A stretch of 64,000 nucleotides of DNA from Ophelia neglecta (Eukaryota): positions 48,732,001 to 48,796,000 of the forward strand of contig OZ260666.1 of NCBI GenBank assembly GCA_965285935.1, given 5' to 3'. Position numbers and translations under genes: made by a program. This document shows positions 54,588 through 64,000 of this stretch, piece after piece. Every line of letters begins with the position of its first letter. The first letter of the stretch is position 1. The notes beneath the pieces are model-generated. The model was given only the letters and a program-made list of their open reading frames with translations. It was not told where the DNA came from and did not search any database.

Positions 54588-54593
54588 AATAAA
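54588..54593 (+). promoter_or_regulatory. Candidate polyadenylation signal (AATAAA) of the kringle-phosphodiesterase gene
   Basis: AATAAA about 320 nt after the stop, followed by GT/T-rich sequence; weak evidence in an AT-rich background. Confidence 0.35.
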
Positions 54594-54889
54594 TAAGTTT
54601 GTATCGATCATTTGTCAATTTTCATGAATGTCGCATTTTTCATGCGCATGCATTCCAGCTCATCTTACAATCCTAAAATGCGACTAAAGTGACTTTCTGA
54701 TAATGGTTGGTCTTAGTGAATATCCCCCATAAGGAGGTTACGGTTTTCATTCAGCTAAAAACATCAGTACAGAGTTCGAATAAAGTTCAAACGAAATAAA
54801 GGAACGCTTCTCTGACTTGTCATAAATGCTGCGTTTCGTGTTCAGACCGTGTGCAGCTAATCTAACAATACTGTGTTCAAAGAAATATG

Positions 54890-54945
54890 TATATACATGC
54901 ATACATACATACATGTGTACATACATACATACATGCATGCATACG
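54890..54945. repeat. Imperfect (ATAC)n/(ATGC)n microsatellite
   Basis: atatacatgcatacatacatacatgtgtacatacatacatacatgcatgcatac. Confidence 0.85.
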
Positions 54946-55439
54946 TTGAATAACATACTAATAGACTAATATATCCTTTGGGGCTACTATTAATTAAACT
55001 TCTTACTAGAACTATTTTTCCATTTTGCCCCGGTTGAGAATATATTTGTAAAAACCATCTGCAAACCAAAATGAAACTTTCTTCGCACGCCACTACCTCT
55101 CTTTAGAGGGGCTGGAAGCAAGGATTTCGACCCTCTATCCCATGGCCCTTGCGGCCCGTTTCTTATCCCACACACCTGACCGTGTTTAAAGAATTAGGCC
55201 TTCTTACCATGTCTTTTATTAAAACTGCAAGGGACAAAATTACTACTATTGAAAATGAATTATAACCCCAATTTTTACGAAGTAGCGGTTCTAGCGTTCT
55301 GGGTAAAAAAAAAACCATACTTTACTGTACTGAAATGGAAAGTTTATAAACACATTATTAATTATAATAGACCTCATTGGGTCTATAAATGGCAGCAAAA
55401 AGGAACTGAGTGTTAATGCCTGGTCGAACATTTAAATCA

Positions 55440-56500
55440 CCTATATTAGTTGCTTTGCTTATGCCTATTCAATGAAGTATACTACTATGCGAATTGGAGA
55501 AAATACACCTTTTTGCTGTTTATTTCATAACATGCTGTAACACGGTTATAGCTCAAAGCTACTTTAATGTGAAAAATGTCTATTTATTTGAGAAAATATG
55601 AACTTTCAACATAACGATGTGATATATCATTGCTTTAGGCCTGTTTCTGGTGCTATTATTGACACTGAATATGTCAGTTGACAGCTTGGTAACTACTTGA
55701 AGGCTAAGTTGTATTAATCAAGAACCGAATTAACACGAATCATTCAATGGCAAGTCTATAACTAAAGGGCCGCTCGGAAAAATAGCAACAGAAATTAAAC
55801 TTGAACTCAAAGGTGTTTATAACAATCCAAGCACAACCCAATGGTTAATAAGACCCAGTTAGATTTTTTTTCACCGGTTGGCGGAAAACATTTTCCAGGT
55901 AATGGCTCTATTTGATACCCGCAATATGAAGAAAGTGGCTGCCAAATATTTCTGGGATCATAGGAATTCATAGGATCACGGGACCCCCTTAAATGTTTGT
56001 TCAAGATACATAAAGCCGCTGCCAAGAGATCACACCAGTTAGAGCATATTACCTATTAAAGGGGTATATTTATCATTGACTGCAACATTTGCCTAATAAG
56101 GTACAAGTCGGTGTAAACAGGTAAATGACATCATCAATGACGACAGGTACATGTAACTATAGGATTAGGCAATCACGGATCCTGTCTCATAACTCATGCG
56201 GTAGTTAGGGAGAATTACTGGCTTAGTGTTCGAGGAATATGATGAAACCAAATTACAGTTGATGGGATGGGCAAAATAGGTATTGTACCTGTTCAGCAAT
56301 GAAGTATTTCATGAAATATTACAATGGGAATCTTGGCCCTTTTCAGCAATACGGTAAACATAGATACCATATACTGTGTTGCAAACTATGAATTCTTTGT
56401 GAAAAATTAATGAGATGGGTGCATGGCCATTTTTCGCCCACACACATAGCTCTCTGTAGGACGTTATTGACCAATACGTACACCTCAATCTTACATTGTC
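55440..56500 (+). pseudogene. Decayed LRR gene relic between genes 2 and 3
   Basis: TTMRIGENTP (55481), HESFNGKS (about 55734), HRLAENIFQVM (55872), LQHLPNKV (about 56080), FSNTVNIDTIYCVAN (56342). Confidence 0.45.
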
Positions 56501-57277
56501 AATGTCATGATTTCTTTTGTATTTCACAATGATTTATAGTCACCACCAGTGTTTACACTTAACACTGTTGTGTTGGTTAAGGTGCACAAGTCTTATGGGT
56601 CTTGCAGTTCAGCTTAATTTTCAGCCGCGTCATTACATATTGTTCTATTTACTGTAGTTCACAGAAGACCAACAATTTACATGCAAAATATGTCAGCATC
56701 TGTCAAGCTGTTGGGATCTAAAGTTTCTCCATGTGAAAATATAACTGGACGAATGTAAATGGCCTCATCGTTGGGGTATTGAAAAGTTCATACCTGATGA
56801 CAAATGTTGGAAAAAGAGGAATATGGCTAATCGATTATCTGGTAAAATACAATAATCTAAAGATTGCCGCAGAGTGTTGTCATTATAACTTCCCGGGATA
56901 GGCAAACACGGGAAGTGCGAAGTTTGCCTCCCCCTCTATATAGTCTGGTAGCCAATAACATCGAAGAAAATGACAAATACCTGTTTTCCATTTGAGGAAT
57001 CGAAAAAAGGGAATCAATACTGGTCAGAGATTATGGTGTTTACCATCTAGATTAGATTTGCCGAGTCACAGTAAAGATGGCCGCTTCAGACACGCTTTGT
57101 GCCTTCGGTTGGCTGGACTCTATCGATGAGGCACACAATGTTGGTGGCTCACTCTTTACCGCCAGTGGAGATATATGCTATGCTACGATCAAGGACCACC
57201 GCAGCAATTAACGTCTTGCTTCCTAGGAGACCCAGATCATGAATAGCCATTTTAATAGGAACCCACTCGCAACTACG

Positions 57278-64000
<6,723 letters not shown>

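Noticed and set aside
54750-55200. Helentron/HINE-like element around the ATAC microsatellite
   Set aside because: Terminal structures could not be defined from a single copy.

Overview
AT-rich animal genomic DNA with spliceosomal GT-AG introns, most likely from an invertebrate (the lineage is inferred, not shown). There are three protein-coding genes, all on the + strand. (1) The 3' part of an extracellular leucine-rich-repeat (LRR) gene with no introns inside the window (<2..1180). (2) A complete 6-exon gene (52150..54268, about 420 aa) encoding signal peptide + kringle + a compact alkaline-phosphatase-superfamily (type I phosphodiesterase/nucleotide pyrophosphatase-like) domain that looks bacterial. 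(3) A 3'-truncated mosaic gene (57278..>64000): putative signal, C-type lectin, PAN/apple, C-type lectin, CCP-like, and at least 9 EGF exons, the last six alternating A/B. The apparent 51-kb 'gene desert' is not empty. By-eye translation shows many heavily decayed LRR-coding relics, nearly all on the + strand. One (25105..25950) is an unambiguous pseudogene paralog of gene 1, and three others share mutual nucleotide similarity. More relics lie between genes 2 and 3 and probably inside an intron of gene 3. Fragments of L2/CR1 LINEs, a PIF/Harbinger transposon and a few small repeats are interspersed. All alignments and translations were done by eye, so relic boundaries are approximate.
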